Below are positions 27,564-37,297 of a stretch of DNA of 64,000 nucleotides, one piece after another. Each line of letters opens with the position of its first letter. The first letter of the stretch is position 1. The notes below the pieces were generated by a model. The model did no database searches, was not told where the DNA came from, and saw only the letters and a program-made list of their open reading frames with translations. The position numbers were made by a program, and so were the translations under genes. Location: positions 248,001-312,000 of the IMG/VR virus record IMGVR_UViG_3300027759_006101. One strand, given 5' to 3'.

Positions 27564-30557
27564 TTATGAACTCGTTATACTTGTCATACTGTAAGTATTG
27601 TTTCTAAAAATAACTACAGCTCTATATCTAGCGGAATTACCAGCGCCTGCTACACCTGTAGTCTTAACTCCTATTGACCAACCTAATGCGCCGCCTGAAG
27701 CAGATGTTTTTGCTGAAATTGCAGCAGATCTAGTAGATCCATTGTTAGAATTTGAGCCTTGTAATACTCCTAAATCAAACCACAAAGCGTCTCCATCTAA
27801 ATAAAGTAAAACATTTATGTTTCCTGTCCCATAAGGTGCTATATTTGAAGCTGTAAAACCTCCGAATGTCAAAGTTCCAGTACTTGCTGATGTTTTGTAG
27901 AAATATCTTTGATATTCTTGATCACCAGAGAAAGTGTGCGTACCGCCCCATTGAGTATCATAATCAGATGCTAATGGGTATTGCAATGTGCCAGATCTAA
28001 CTTGAGCATTACCATTAGCCATATCAATAGTAGAAGTAAAAGCTATACCTGAACCTATAACCAATCTTCTTGCCTCATCTTGAAAACCATCAAATGTGTC
28101 TGTAGAAATTGTTCCATAAGTATTAATTGCTTTAGTTATAGTTGCATTGGAAGCTGCAGTTGTTCCGTGGGCTTTGTAAATTGTTACAGTCAAATACTTA
28201 TTGAATGAAGACTGACTTGCAACAGATAAAGAGACTCTGACGTGATTAGAGCCTGATTTATCTAATTCGTCAGTATATAAAGGAGGACTTGCTGGCAAGC
28301 CTGTTGCAGTATTTAAACCAGTAGCTGAAATTGCATAAACTTGCGTAACATTATAAGCACAACTGTAAATACCAGCTGCACCTTTGAAATAAACACTAAA
28401 ACCTGTGCCTGAAGCGTAATATGAAATTCCAGAAAGCCATTTGTCAGACTGACTATATGTTGATGCAGTGGCCGCCTGTGAAAAAACTGGACTGCCATTA
28501 GACGCTGACCAAGGGTCTTTCCACATTTCATATGTATTTGTCAATTGACTGTTTTCAGTGTGAGAAATAAATACTCCCTCGTATCCAGGATTGGGCTGTG
28601 TGTACGCTGAAATTTGAGCATTTGCTTTAGTCCATATGCTGTTATATGTCCCTAATGCAGAAAGCCTTAAATTATTATTTGTAAATCCAACAGTGTAGTT
28701 TGTTGTCAGATCGATAGTACCAACACCACCACCTGTTGAAGTTAAGAAATTATATCTCTTAAAGAATATTGTTCCATAAGTGGATGTTGTCAAACTACCA
28801 GCAGAGAATGTAGTGCTAGTGTTTGCTGTATTTAATGTATGAGCCCCAGATAAGTAATATTTACTAGTTATCAGGCTGCCAGTACCATAGCCAGCTTGAT
28901 ACCATTCTGTACCTAAGCCAGCTGATATCCTAACTGTATAGTAAGTAGGAACACTGCTTGCGACTAATGATGTTCCAGTTAAGTAGCTAGGTCTGGCAGG
29001 AGCTAAAAGGGCCAGTAATTCATTCACATCATCAAAAGCGTTGGAAATTGTAGTATTGTTAGTCCAAGTTGAAAAGAAACCATCAGTATAAACTCCATCA
29101 GTTGGAGTACCAATAGTAGTTGTTCCAGATCCTCCGCTAGTAGCAGTCATTGGAACCCAAGATAGATTTCCAACAGTGTCTGAACTTAATACTGAAGTGC
29201 CAGTTGCTGGACTACTTTGTGGCAAAATATATGTTGTAGAGGCTGTAGAACTTGATTTAAATCCAGTGTAGTAACTACCATTCCAGAAATTCAGACTTCC
29301 ATCTAAATTTATTGTTTGTCCTACACCAACGCCACCTGTGACGGTTAAAGATCCAGTAGAAGTAGTTGTCGATGCTACTGAACTTGAAACAATTAAGTTA
29401 TTTGTGAAAGTTTTATTTCCAGCAAATGATTGATCCAATGTTGAAATAAGACCAGTGGCAGCAATTCCAGCTATAGGTATGTTGAATGTGTGTGTTGAGC
29501 CTGAAGAGACAATATTGAAACCAGACCCACTTGTACCAGTTGCAAAATATTGAGTTGCACTTGTTAAATTATTTAAATAAGCAATACCGCTAATTCCAGT
29601 AGCGCTTAAACTGGAAAATACTAAACTTCCAGCGTCATAGGTGATTGCAATTCCAGGACCAGCAACCAAGCTGTGCCATTCAACATCTGCTCCGCAATTA
29701 GATACAGAAAGGACTTGATTGGGTGTTCCTAATGGTAATCTTGCCCAGCTTGCACCATCAAAATGTAATATGTCACCTTGAACTTCGTATGGTATTGTTA
29801 GCTTGCTGGCATCAAATGTTTGGCTTGTTGAAAAAGTAATTGGCTGGGAGTAAGTTTGAGTTCCAGTCCAATTGAAATTATAAGCTTCATTGATTGAAAC
29901 ACTACCATATGATGTAATTGGATTTGAGGATAACGATATACCGCTTCCAGCAGTAATACTTGTAATCCCAGAACCTACAGCAACCCAAGAACTTCCATTG
30001 TATAGGTCTAACTTGTTAGTATCTGTGTTGTAATAAACTTGTCCAGCAGTTCCAGAAGCAACTCTAGTAGTTAAGTTGGCAAATCTTAGGAACTGGCTTC
30101 CCATTGAGATAGCGCCAGTAGGAGTATTGCCACCATCTAGTCTTAAATATCTATTGTCTGCAAAAGACTGAGTAATTCCAGAAGTACCAGTCGAAGCAAT
30201 TTCATTCCAAGTAGACCCGTCGTAAACCTTAAGAACACTGTAAGTTGTATTAAAATATAAAGCTCCACTTACACCAGTGCCAGGATCGCTTGGACCAGAA
30301 CCTACAGCAAGACCATATTTTCCTGGGTCTGGCTGAAATATAATATTAGACGGAACAATGTCTCCTGATTTTTTGATATAAAAATCAGGTGCTATCGAAA
30401 AAGTAAAAACCCCACTATTTATGTTTAAGGTTAAACCGCTATCTGGGTTGACCTTAAATGACAAATCTCCACGTAAAGTATTGAGAGATGTTACTACGTT
30501 GGATCTTTGCAGAGAACCAACAATTAGTCTAGGGGGTACTATATAAAAATCAGACAT
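27564..30557 (-). CDS. mosaic virion fibre/structural protein (997 aa)
   Basis: GxxYxNT..LxxYxGSxW motifs, THTFNIPIAG and YILPQSSPATG modules, large C-terminal beta-rich domain. Confidence 0.75.
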   Translation of the reverse strand: MSDFYIVPPRLIVGSLQRSNVVTSLNTLRGDLSFKVNPDSGLTLNINSGVFTFSIAPDFYIKKSGDIVPSNIIFQPDPGKYGLAVGSGPSDPGTGVSGALYFNTTYSVLKVYDGSTWNEIASTGTSGITQSFADNRYLRLDGGNTPTGAISMGSQFLRFANLTTRVASGTAGQVYYNTDTNKLDLYNGSSWVAVGSGITSITAGSGISLSSNPITSYGSVSINEAYNFNWTGTQTYSQPITFSTSQTFDASKLTIPYEVQGDILHFDGASWARLPLGTPNQVLSVSNCGADVEWHSLVAGPGIAITYDAGSLVFSSLSATGISGIAYLNNLTSATQYFATGTSGSGFNIVSSGSTHTFNIPIAGIAATGLISTLDQSFAGNKTFTNNLIVSSSVASTTTSTGSLTVTGGVGVGQTINLDGSLNFWNGSYYTGFKSSSTASTTYILPQSSPATGTSVLSSDTVGNLSWVPMTATSGGSGTTTIGTPTDGVYTDGFFSTWTNNTTISNAFDDVNELLALLAPARPSYLTGTSLVASSVPTYYTVRISAGLGTEWYQAGYGTGSLITSKYYLSGAHTLNTANTSTTFSAGSLTTSTYGTIFFKRYNFLTSTGGGVGTIDLTTNYTVGFTNNNLRLSALGTYNSIWTKANAQISAYTQPNPGYEGVFISHTENSQLTNTYEMWKDPWSASNGSPVFSQAATASTYSQSDKWLSGISYYASGTGFSVYFKGAAGIYSCAYNVTQVYAISATGLNTATGLPASPPLYTDELDKSGSNHVRVSLSVASQSSFNKYLTVTIYKAHGTTAASNATITKAINTYGTISTDTFDGFQDEARRLVIGSGIAFTSTIDMANGNAQVRSGTLQYPLASDYDTQWGGTHTFSGDQEYQRYFYKTSASTGTLTFGGFTASNIAPYGTGNINVLLYLDGDALWFDLGVLQGSNSNNGSTRSAAISAKTSASGGALGWSIGVKTTGVAGAGNSARYRAVVIFRNNTYSMTSITSS

Positions 30558-30672
30558 TTGTTATTTTTGACAAATCAAACGAAATAAGGCCATAGACATT
30601 TTTTACAGTTATTGATTGATATAAATTATATTCATTGCAGATAGAGTATAAACTTTTATGAATAATCGATAA

Positions 30673-30698
30673 AGGTAGTGATCTGGATTATATTGAAA
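30673..30698 (+). promoter_or_regulatory. putative late promoter AGGT-N18-GAAA
   Basis: in the divergent intergenic region; same motif and spacing recur before other virion-type genes. Confidence 0.5.
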
Positions 30699-30758
30699 GA
30701 AAAATCTATAAATCGGTTTGGTTTCTAAGATGATGAAATCATTTAAGGAGTTTGAATA

Positions 30759-31631
30759 ATGCCAACTTATCCATCTTCGCTTTTATTGGGAGTTGCACCA
30801 GGAATAAGATCTGTTAACAATTATAATAACAGATTTGAATTTAGATTTGACAATGAGCCAACTGCAATGTCACTCGCTGGTTTTGCAATTTCAGCAGGTA
30901 CAGGCGCAACATTACAAAGTTCACCTACATATTCAGGTAATGTTCTAACAGGTTCTGGTTCAACAACTTTATTTATAGATGGTGTTTTATATACTGATAC
31001 TGCAACAACAGTTTTAGTAAAAGACCAATCTAATGCAATTCAGAATGGTGTCTATACTCTTTCTAAAGCTGGTTCTGCATCTACATACTGGCAATTAACA
31101 AGAGACACCAGATTTGATGAAGATGCTGAGCTTAAGAGAAATACAATTTTCTCTGTCACAAACGGAACTGTAAACGCATCCCAGAAGTTCTTCTTATCTT
31201 CTGACGAGCCTATTATTCCAGGTACTAGTAGCATAACATTCGGCGCTCTTGGCACTACTGTTGTTTATCCAAGTGCTGCAAAATATCCTACTGACGTAAA
31301 TGTAGGTACAGCAGAAAGAACAAGCGCAACAATGTTTATTGAAGACTTTAGGTCTATGCTTAATACAATTCAATATGACTTGACAGCTTTGGAAACTTCT
31401 TTTTCAAGCGTTTCAACTGAAGGTTTAAAGTGGATGGCTTCTTCAAACATCAACACAATCCAAAACCTTTATAGAAAATTCAGAAAAATAAGCTATGAAA
31501 TTACAAAATTAAGAGGCGATATCGACAGAATGAACACTGTTGGATTTGCTGCTTCATTCCCTGGAATTGGTCTTACTTCTACATATCCATCTGGCAAAAA
31601 TAGATTAACTAATATTGCTGGTGGATATTAG
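30759..31631 (+). CDS. probable virion protein, paralogue of 31736-32245, with inserted VLVKDQ..QNGVY domain
   Basis: AAGGAG SD; shares MPTYPSS, SAAKYPTDV and YPSGxNRxTN with the next gene. Confidence 0.75.
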   Translation: MPTYPSSLLLGVAPGIRSVNNYNNRFEFRFDNEPTAMSLAGFAISAGTGATLQSSPTYSGNVLTGSGSTTLFIDGVLYTDTATTVLVKDQSNAIQNGVYTLSKAGSASTYWQLTRDTRFDEDAELKRNTIFSVTNGTVNASQKFFLSSDEPIIPGTSSITFGALGTTVVYPSAAKYPTDVNVGTAERTSATMFIEDFRSMLNTIQYDLTALETSFSSVSTEGLKWMASSNINTIQNLYRKFRKISYEITKLRGDIDRMNTVGFAASFPGIGLTSTYPSGKNRLTNIAGGY

Positions 31632-31735
31632 AAGGAATAAGCGTCGGAGAAACAAAATTAATCTATTGAAAACAAAAAATATGTTTATTAGTTTTGTTTC
31701 TTCGAAGAAAATGATACGGTATAAGGAGTACTAAT

Positions 31736-32245
31736 ATGCCAACATATCCATCAAGTTTATACAAAGGTACAGCAAGATCAGCCAACGGTACTACTAACGA
31801 TCCAGGCTCATACCTTTGGAACAACTTAACCACCTATCAAGAGTTAAAAGATACTACAATTGGTAATGGCTCTGGCCCTAACGACACAACAACTGTAACT
31901 TTTAATTCTGCAGCAAAATACCCAACTGACGTGACATTTGGTGGCACTGCAATTGGTTCATCAACATATGAAGATTTTGATTTAATTCAATCTACTTTAT
32001 CTACTTTGATTACAAATTATGGTACTGCGGTTTCAGGTATTACAGCAACTGAAAAAGAGATTGCTGCAAACTTCTCTGGAATTTCTTACAACAATCTTCA
32101 ATCAAAAATGGAGAAGATTGCTTTTGAACTCAACAGATTAATTGCTGATATTACATTAGTTAATGCTGGTACTGCAGTAACAACTGCATTAGGTAGATAT
32201 CCATCTGGATGGAATAGATTTACCAACACTTCTGGCGGTATCTAA
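31736..32245 (+). CDS. probable virion protein with helical C-terminal half
   Basis: AAGGAG SD; paralogue of the preceding gene; followed by a strong terminator. Confidence 0.75.
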   Translation: MPTYPSSLYKGTARSANGTTNDPGSYLWNNLTTYQELKDTTIGNGSGPNDTTTVTFNSAAKYPTDVTFGGTAIGSSTYEDFDLIQSTLSTLITNYGTAVSGITATEKEIAANFSGISYNNLQSKMEKIAFELNRLIADITLVNAGTAVTTALGRYPSGWNRFTNTSGGI

Positions 32246-32263
32246 TCTTTTTTATCACCTACT

Positions 32264-32297
32264 AAAAAAGAGGGGAGAGAAATCTCCCCTCTTTTTT
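32264..32297. terminator. bidirectional intrinsic terminator
   Basis: aaaaaagaggggaga-GAAA-tctcccctctttttt between convergent genes, with A and T tracts on either side. Confidence 0.9.
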
Positions 32298-32917
32298 TAT
32301 TTCCAAATTGGCCCTTTCCCAAGTTTAGATTTTAATGCATCTATTGAAAGATGTTCCAATCTCGTTTGAACTAGCATTGTTTTTACAGAGTACCTATTTT
32401 TCATATAAGATCCATTGTAAGATCTGTACATATTTCTATAAGCTGTTCTGCTAGGCAATCCTTTTCTGGAGTGTTTTCGCAAATGAACAGATAACTCTTT
32501 AGTCCCAATTGCTATATTCCCCTCAATTGTGCGTGGATTATAGACTCTTTTAGGGTCGTAATACCTAATTGATGGTCTGACTAGCTGCATCATACCAATA
32601 CAGGGTCTACTAGTCATCTTGAATTCACTTTCAACATATGCGGTAGAAGCTATCACATATGGGTCTACTTTGAAAACTGCAGCATACTTTATTATAGCAG
32701 CTGTAATTTTCTTTATGTATGATTGCGAATATCTCGGTTGAACAAGTTTGATAAATTTAGAAATTTTTTCTTTTTTATCAAGTTTATCCTTTGATGTTGA
32801 TACGGAAACTTTCGCATCTTGATGGTATGGTTTCGGTGGTAATTTTACTACTCTCATACTTGTGAGTAAAAGAATAATAGAGATTACTACCTGACTGATT
32901 ACCTCAATCATTGTCAT
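32297..32917 (-). CDS. lytic transglycosylase (SLT domain) with N-terminal hydrophobic anchor
   Basis: VDPYVIASTAYVESEF (catalytic ES), GMMQL, NIAIGT, SYNG; hydrophobic residues ~3-19; AAGGAG SD. Confidence 0.85.
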   Translation of the reverse strand: MTMIEVISQVVISIILLLTSMRVVKLPPKPYHQDAKVSVSTSKDKLDKKEKISKFIKLVQPRYSQSYIKKITAAIIKYAAVFKVDPYVIASTAYVESEFKMTSRPCIGMMQLVRPSIRYYDPKRVYNPRTIEGNIAIGTKELSVHLRKHSRKGLPSRTAYRNMYRSYNGSYMKNRYSVKTMLVQTRLEHLSIDALKSKLGKGPIWK

Positions 32918-32997
32918 CTCCTTTTCATTTCAAGCAGGAAATCACTTGAAATCTTTTATATTATAAAATGTAAGTGTTTTAATCTGAGAAAAATCAT

Positions 32998-33303
32998 ATG
33001 AGTTTACTAGACAATCTTAATAAATACCACAAGAATCCCGAAAATGCAAAACCTAAAGGTAAAATAAATTTATCAAGGTCTTGCGAATCTTGTGGAAACG
33101 TTTTACCATTAAATACTGGCTTATTTAGATTCTTGCCAGTATATGCTGAAACTGCGCCTTGGTATAAAGATCGTATTGGTAAAAATGTATGTTTTTCTTG
33201 TTTGCCTCCTGAAGTTCAAAATCAGTTATCGAACAATATCACAACTGCATCTAAAAAATCTTATGTTGATGATTTGTTCGTAGAAATTTTTAAGAGTAAA
33301 TAA
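32998..33303 (+). CDS. small zinc-finger protein
   Basis: CESC ... CFSC. Confidence 0.7.
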   Translation: MSLLDNLNKYHKNPENAKPKGKINLSRSCESCGNVLPLNTGLFRFLPVYAETAPWYKDRIGKNVCFSCLPPEVQNQLSNNITTASKKSYVDDLFVEIFKSK

Positions 33304-33579
33304 ATGAATATTTCCAAATTAGCTCAATTGATAAAAGATTTGGAAGAGTCTGGCTTAGAGAATGAAGCGACAGAATTGGCTGATGCTATTACTGAAGAAA
33401 CAGACCCAAATCAAATCTTAAACAGAGCTGATATCAATAATTTGATAGATAGTATTGCTGGAGGTGTTTTATATCACTTAAAGCTTGATAATAACATTTC
33501 TTTTGAAGGAAATAAAGTTTCAGATCAAACTTTATTGGACATTAGAAACAGCTTAGATCAAATTATTAAAACTTCTTAG
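33304..33579 (+). CDS. small acidic protein with SKLAQ/LEESGLENEATEL motif
   Basis: 91-aa ORF abutting the previous stop; motif related to those in 35379-36131 and 50703-51284. Confidence 0.7.
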   Translation: MNISKLAQLIKDLEESGLENEATELADAITEETDPNQILNRADINNLIDSIAGGVLYHLKLDNNISFEGNKVSDQTLLDIRNSLDQIIKTS

Positions 33580-33803
33580 CTATATTTTAGTTTTTTATAA
33601 TCTTCCATACAGCTTTCTGGAATTTCTTTTTCTCTGCATTCTTCGCAGTGAGTAGACATATGAGCCACCCAATCATCCCAAGTCTTAAGTTGTTTTCTAT
33701 TCATCGCAAAAACTGTACGATATTTAAGACCTGGAAGATATAATTCTTCTTTAGAATAAAAATTTTTTCCGCAATTTTGACAATAGCAAGTAATTGTAGG
33801 CAT
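33576..33803 (-). CDS. small zinc-ribbon protein; start corrected to MPTITC
   Basis: CQNC ... CEEC; ATG at 33803 overlaps the upstream TAA. Confidence 0.65.
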   Translation of the reverse strand: MPTITCYCQNCGKNFYSKEELYLPGLKYRTVFAMNRKQLKTWDDWVAHMSTHCEECREKEIPESCMEDYKKLKYS

Positions 33804-34258
33804 TATTTTACGAAGTCCACTAATCCTTTGCCTGTAACTAATTGCAAGATAGTTAAAAAGGCTATAATTCCACCAATAGTCCACGCAACTTTATTCAATG
33901 TATTTTTGACATCCCAGTACATTTTTTTGATAAACTTTACGTCTTCTTTCATTTCTTCAACAGTTCCGCCAAAATCAGAAATTTGTGCTGTATATTCTAA
34001 TGTTGCTTCTTCTAACTCAGCATCTCTCCTAATTTGAGCGCTTTGAAAATTCTCAAACAACTTTTCAAGAATTGCGTAGTCTTTAGAAAGTTTTTTAAAC
34101 TCATCATCTGAAAGTATTTTTAATGATTCAACCTTTCCTAGCAATTCTTTTTGATTAGTTAAAATATTAATAAGAGCCATATTAAAATCTAAATATGCCT
34201 CTGTCTGTGCTTTGTAGACGTTCTTAAGCTGTTCTAAACCGACTTCGTTTTCTTGCAT
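33803..34258 (-). CDS. coiled-coil protein with single C-terminal transmembrane helix
   Basis: GGAGGAG SD; heptad-like body; VAWTIGGIIAFLTILQLV. Confidence 0.75.
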   Translation of the reverse strand: MQENEVGLEQLKNVYKAQTEAYLDFNMALINILTNQKELLGKVESLKILSDDEFKKLSKDYAILEKLFENFQSAQIRRDAELEEATLEYTAQISDFGGTVEEMKEDVKFIKKMYWDVKNTLNKVAWTIGGIIAFLTILQLVTGKGLVDFVK

Positions 34259-34269
34259 TTCTCCTCCGA

Positions 34270-34590
34270 TTATAAGGCAGAGAGAACTTGTCGTAATTTT
34301 TTGGAAGATTCTGTGAGTTTAGTAATTGTTTCATCAACTACTTCAAAAATGATTAATTTACTTTTGGTTCCGCTATTGAGATCTTGTTTTTTAATTTGAT
34401 ATTTCAGGCCTTGATACGAAAGGATGGAAGCATTGACATACTTCTTTACATCCAATCCATTTTCAAATAATTCTCTAGCGTGTATATTCATTATGATGTT
34501 TTTATTTTCATCAACAATACAAGCTGGAAATTCAAATGTATTTAATAAGCCACATAGTAGATTAGACGGGTTCTCACAAGTTACTTCCAT
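34270..34590 (-). CDS. small PAS-like protein
   Basis: LLNTFEFPACIVDENKNIIMNIHARELF resembles a PAS N-terminus; GAGGT SD. Confidence 0.55.
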   Translation of the reverse strand: MEVTCENPSNLLCGLLNTFEFPACIVDENKNIIMNIHARELFENGLDVKKYVNASILSYQGLKYQIKKQDLNSGTKSKLIIFEVVDETITKLTESSKKLRQVLSAL

Positions 34591-34601
34591 TCAACACTAC
34601 C

Positions 34602-35360
34602 TCAAGTAAATATTCTATTGTAATATTCCTCGTATGTATTGTAACTGTCCTCGTCTTCCATAACTACAAAAATATTTTTAATTTTGCAATTTTTCTCTGA
34701 GTTCAAGAATGTTTTTATAGCTGATAATTGAACTCGGGCAGAATCATTGATATCTAAAGTTCCACAATCACTAGGCAACATTACAATATTTCTAGCTTCT
34801 TCTTGGTTTGCTAAAATAAGAGCTTTTTTGATTGCTGACTTTGTATCAGCTTCATTTACAAGCCTGCTCTCTCCTGCTACTACTGCATGATAAACTTTCT
34901 GAGGTTTAACTTTAGAATCACCAAAACCATTTGAAGTAATATATACGGTGCCCATTTTGATTGGTTTTGAGAATTTATCACATTCAAATTGAATTCTGCC
35001 TCTTGACATACGATTGAGCAGAGGATCGTCTATAGTAAGGCCAATATTCGTTGGGTAAACCAAAACATCTGACTTGACAAGATAAGGGTTTTCAACTTTG
35101 TGGATACTTACTTTAGTACTTTCGACAAATTCTTCAGTGATTTGTTTTACAGCTGGTTCGTCAATAACTTCTTGAGATTTAGATTCTTTTGTTTCTTCTT
35201 TGTACGAACACTTAAGAATAGAACCTTCGCAATCAGAAATCCATTTTTCTTGAATTACTGAAAATTCTTTTTTCAATAAAAAAGCTACTAATCTTGGGTT
35301 TGAAATTAACTTGAGAGCACATTCTGATGTTTGAGTGTAAAGTGGGCAAATTTGATCCAT
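34602..35360 (-). CDS. macrodomain-containing protein, degenerate active site
   Basis: SDVLVYPTN, GTVYITS, VYHAV, NIVMLP follow macro-fold order; Gly-rich loops missing. Confidence 0.75.
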   Translation of the reverse strand: MDQICPLYTQTSECALKLISNPRLVAFLLKKEFSVIQEKWISDCEGSILKCSYKEETKESKSQEVIDEPAVKQITEEFVESTKVSIHKVENPYLVKSDVLVYPTNIGLTIDDPLLNRMSRGRIQFECDKFSKPIKMGTVYITSNGFGDSKVKPQKVYHAVVAGESRLVNEADTKSAIKKALILANQEEARNIVMLPSDCGTLDINDSARVQLSAIKTFLNSEKNCKIKNIFVVMEDEDSYNTYEEYYNRIFT

Positions 35361-35378
35361 ACTTTAGTTATACAGATG

Positions 35379-36131
35379 CTATTTTAAAGGCTGAACTCCA
35401 TATTGCTGGAAGATAGAATTACCTTCGCCTTTCATAAAATCATCACGTAATTTTGGGTTATTTGTACTTCGTGCTTCTCTTGAAATATCTTTGAATATAT
35501 TTTGCAATATATTTGGCACATATTGTCCCAATCCAGGATATTTAGATGCCTTCTGTGTAAAATCATTAATAATTCTACGCCATTGGGAACTAGGCTGAGC
35601 TCTCAATTGGTCTGAATATAATTTTGTTAATGTAGGTATTGATGCTTGCAATATTTGTTGTTTTGCAGCTTCATTTCCACCAGATTTTGCAAGGTTTGAC
35701 ATATAGAATTCAATTGCTTTAAATGGTTCGCCAGTACTTGCCATAAATTGTTGAGCTTTTTCAAGATTCCTTATTTTCAAATCGTACAATTGTTGAGGAG
35801 TCATCCTAGCTTCTTGTTCAGGAGAAGGAGTATCTAAGATTAACGGACCTTCATTGCCACCAGGCCTATCTTCTTTGTAGGCTGAATCAGGTCCCATCAT
35901 ACCTTCTCCAAAATACTCTCCCATAGCAGTACCACGGGTATCAAACATATTACCTACATATTTATTAGTTTGATAACCTACGCCTTGAGGTGCATCTTTG
36001 TCTTCTTGAAAAAATGAAAAAGGGCTGTCCATCAACTGAGAAACTTTGATGAATTTTTCAAGTTTATCTGCAGTTTTATATAATTTAGAATTATCTAAAC
36101 TTTCTAATATTTCAAATAAATAATTTTTCAT
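35379..36131 (-). CDS. hypothetical protein, candidate internal head protein
   Basis: N-terminal LDNSKLYKTADKLEKFIKVSQ motif. Confidence 0.6.
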   Translation of the reverse strand: MKNYLFEILESLDNSKLYKTADKLEKFIKVSQLMDSPFSFFQEDKDAPQGVGYQTNKYVGNMFDTRGTAMGEYFGEGMMGPDSAYKEDRPGGNEGPLILDTPSPEQEARMTPQQLYDLKIRNLEKAQQFMASTGEPFKAIEFYMSNLAKSGGNEAAKQQILQASIPTLTKLYSDQLRAQPSSQWRRIINDFTQKASKYPGLGQYVPNILQNIFKDISREARSTNNPKLRDDFMKGEGNSIFQQYGVQPLK

Positions 36132-36133
36132 TT

Positions 36134-37288
36134 CTATGCCACATCAGGGAGATTGTAATTTTGTTTTAAGAAATTGTATAGAGCTGTTGCAGAACTTGAA
36201 TACTTATTGACAATTGTAACAACTGCTCTTTGCTTCTCTGCAACAGACATTTTTGGATCGTCAGCAATTGGCTTGATTTGATTTAATATGTCTGTTACTG
36301 ACCACTTAGGCATCAAGTTTTGCAACTGTTCTATAGATTTTTTGCTTTCTTCAGTAGGCTCCGGCTTAGCTGCTGAAACTGGTTCGCTAGTTGCTTGAGA
36401 AATTTTGACAAATTTGGTATTTTTATTTTTTGAAGAAGTATTTTGTCTTAAGGCATTTTGGATATCTGGATCTTTATATCTTGATGTTCCAACTGAATCT
36501 GGAATGAATTTTTTAAAATCTGACTTAAGTTCTGCAGAAGGCATATCGTAAGCGCCTTGAGAAGCTTGTTGTCCTCCATAACCTCTAGCGCCTTTTGTTT
36601 CTAATATATGTTCATAAGCGCTTGGTGCGTACATTTCAGACTCCATAGAATCCTGAATTCTTCTGTAAGCATTATAATCTAAAATAACTTCACGCAAAAA
36701 GGATGGTTCTGTTACTTGATCGACAATTTCGTTCCAGTTATTTTTAAACCAACCAACAATAGAATCAAAAATCCCCTTAATAACTGGCCACAAAGTCATA
36801 GCCATCCAGCCGTGCCTACTGAAAAACTTTTTCGATGATTGACTGATAGAATTAAAAATATTTTTCTTAGCTCTTGCTGATGCACCAGGAGAGGGAGTTA
36901 CAGGTGATGTTCCACTTGGCGCAGCAGGTGTCCCAGGACGTCTTGCAGGAACTGTGGGGCCTAAACCTGGTGTTCTTCGAGGTCTCACTCTAATAGGTCT
37001 TATTCTAGGCGCAGCTAAAACTTCTTTGTCAGAATTTGGCTCACTACCAGCTAACAATTCACTGCGAGAAAAACCTGCTTGCACAAGTTCATCCAAATCA
37101 AAAGTTGTACTTTCGGACTGAGCTAAAGAATCAATTTCTTCGAGCCCTTGAGTGATAATATCTAAAAAAGATTGTTCATTAACAAAAGGGCTTGTGACCG
37201 TTTCATTTTCAACAAAATCAATCAACAATTCTGATAACTTTGACTTAAAATAATCTTTATTTGAATTATTTAATGTAACTTGCGCCAT
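36134..37288 (-). CDS. hypothetical protein, candidate internal head/ejection protein
   Basis: acidic N-terminus, Arg/Pro-rich segment, amphipathic hydrophobic helix, KFVKISQ motif; AAGGA SD. Confidence 0.6.
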   Translation of the reverse strand: MAQVTLNNSNKDYFKSKLSELLIDFVENETVTSPFVNEQSFLDIITQGLEEIDSLAQSESTTFDLDELVQAGFSRSELLAGSEPNSDKEVLAAPRIRPIRVRPRRTPGLGPTVPARRPGTPAAPSGTSPVTPSPGASARAKKNIFNSISQSSKKFFSRHGWMAMTLWPVIKGIFDSIVGWFKNNWNEIVDQVTEPSFLREVILDYNAYRRIQDSMESEMYAPSAYEHILETKGARGYGGQQASQGAYDMPSAELKSDFKKFIPDSVGTSRYKDPDIQNALRQNTSSKNKNTKFVKISQATSEPVSAAKPEPTEESKKSIEQLQNLMPKWSVTDILNQIKPIADDPKMSVAEKQRAVVTIVNKYSSSATALYNFLKQNYNLPDVA

Positions 37289-37297
37289 TTATATTCC

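Noticed and set aside
3872-28531. Many 60-160-aa antisense or alternate-frame ORFs inside fibre genes
   Set aside because: Shadows of biased, repetitive Thr/Ser/Gly/Ala codons; no SD or independent motifs
30558-30758. tRNA or structured ncRNA in the larger intergenic gaps
   Set aside because: No cloverleaf, T-loop motif or extended pairing seen; the gap is consistent with divergent promoters
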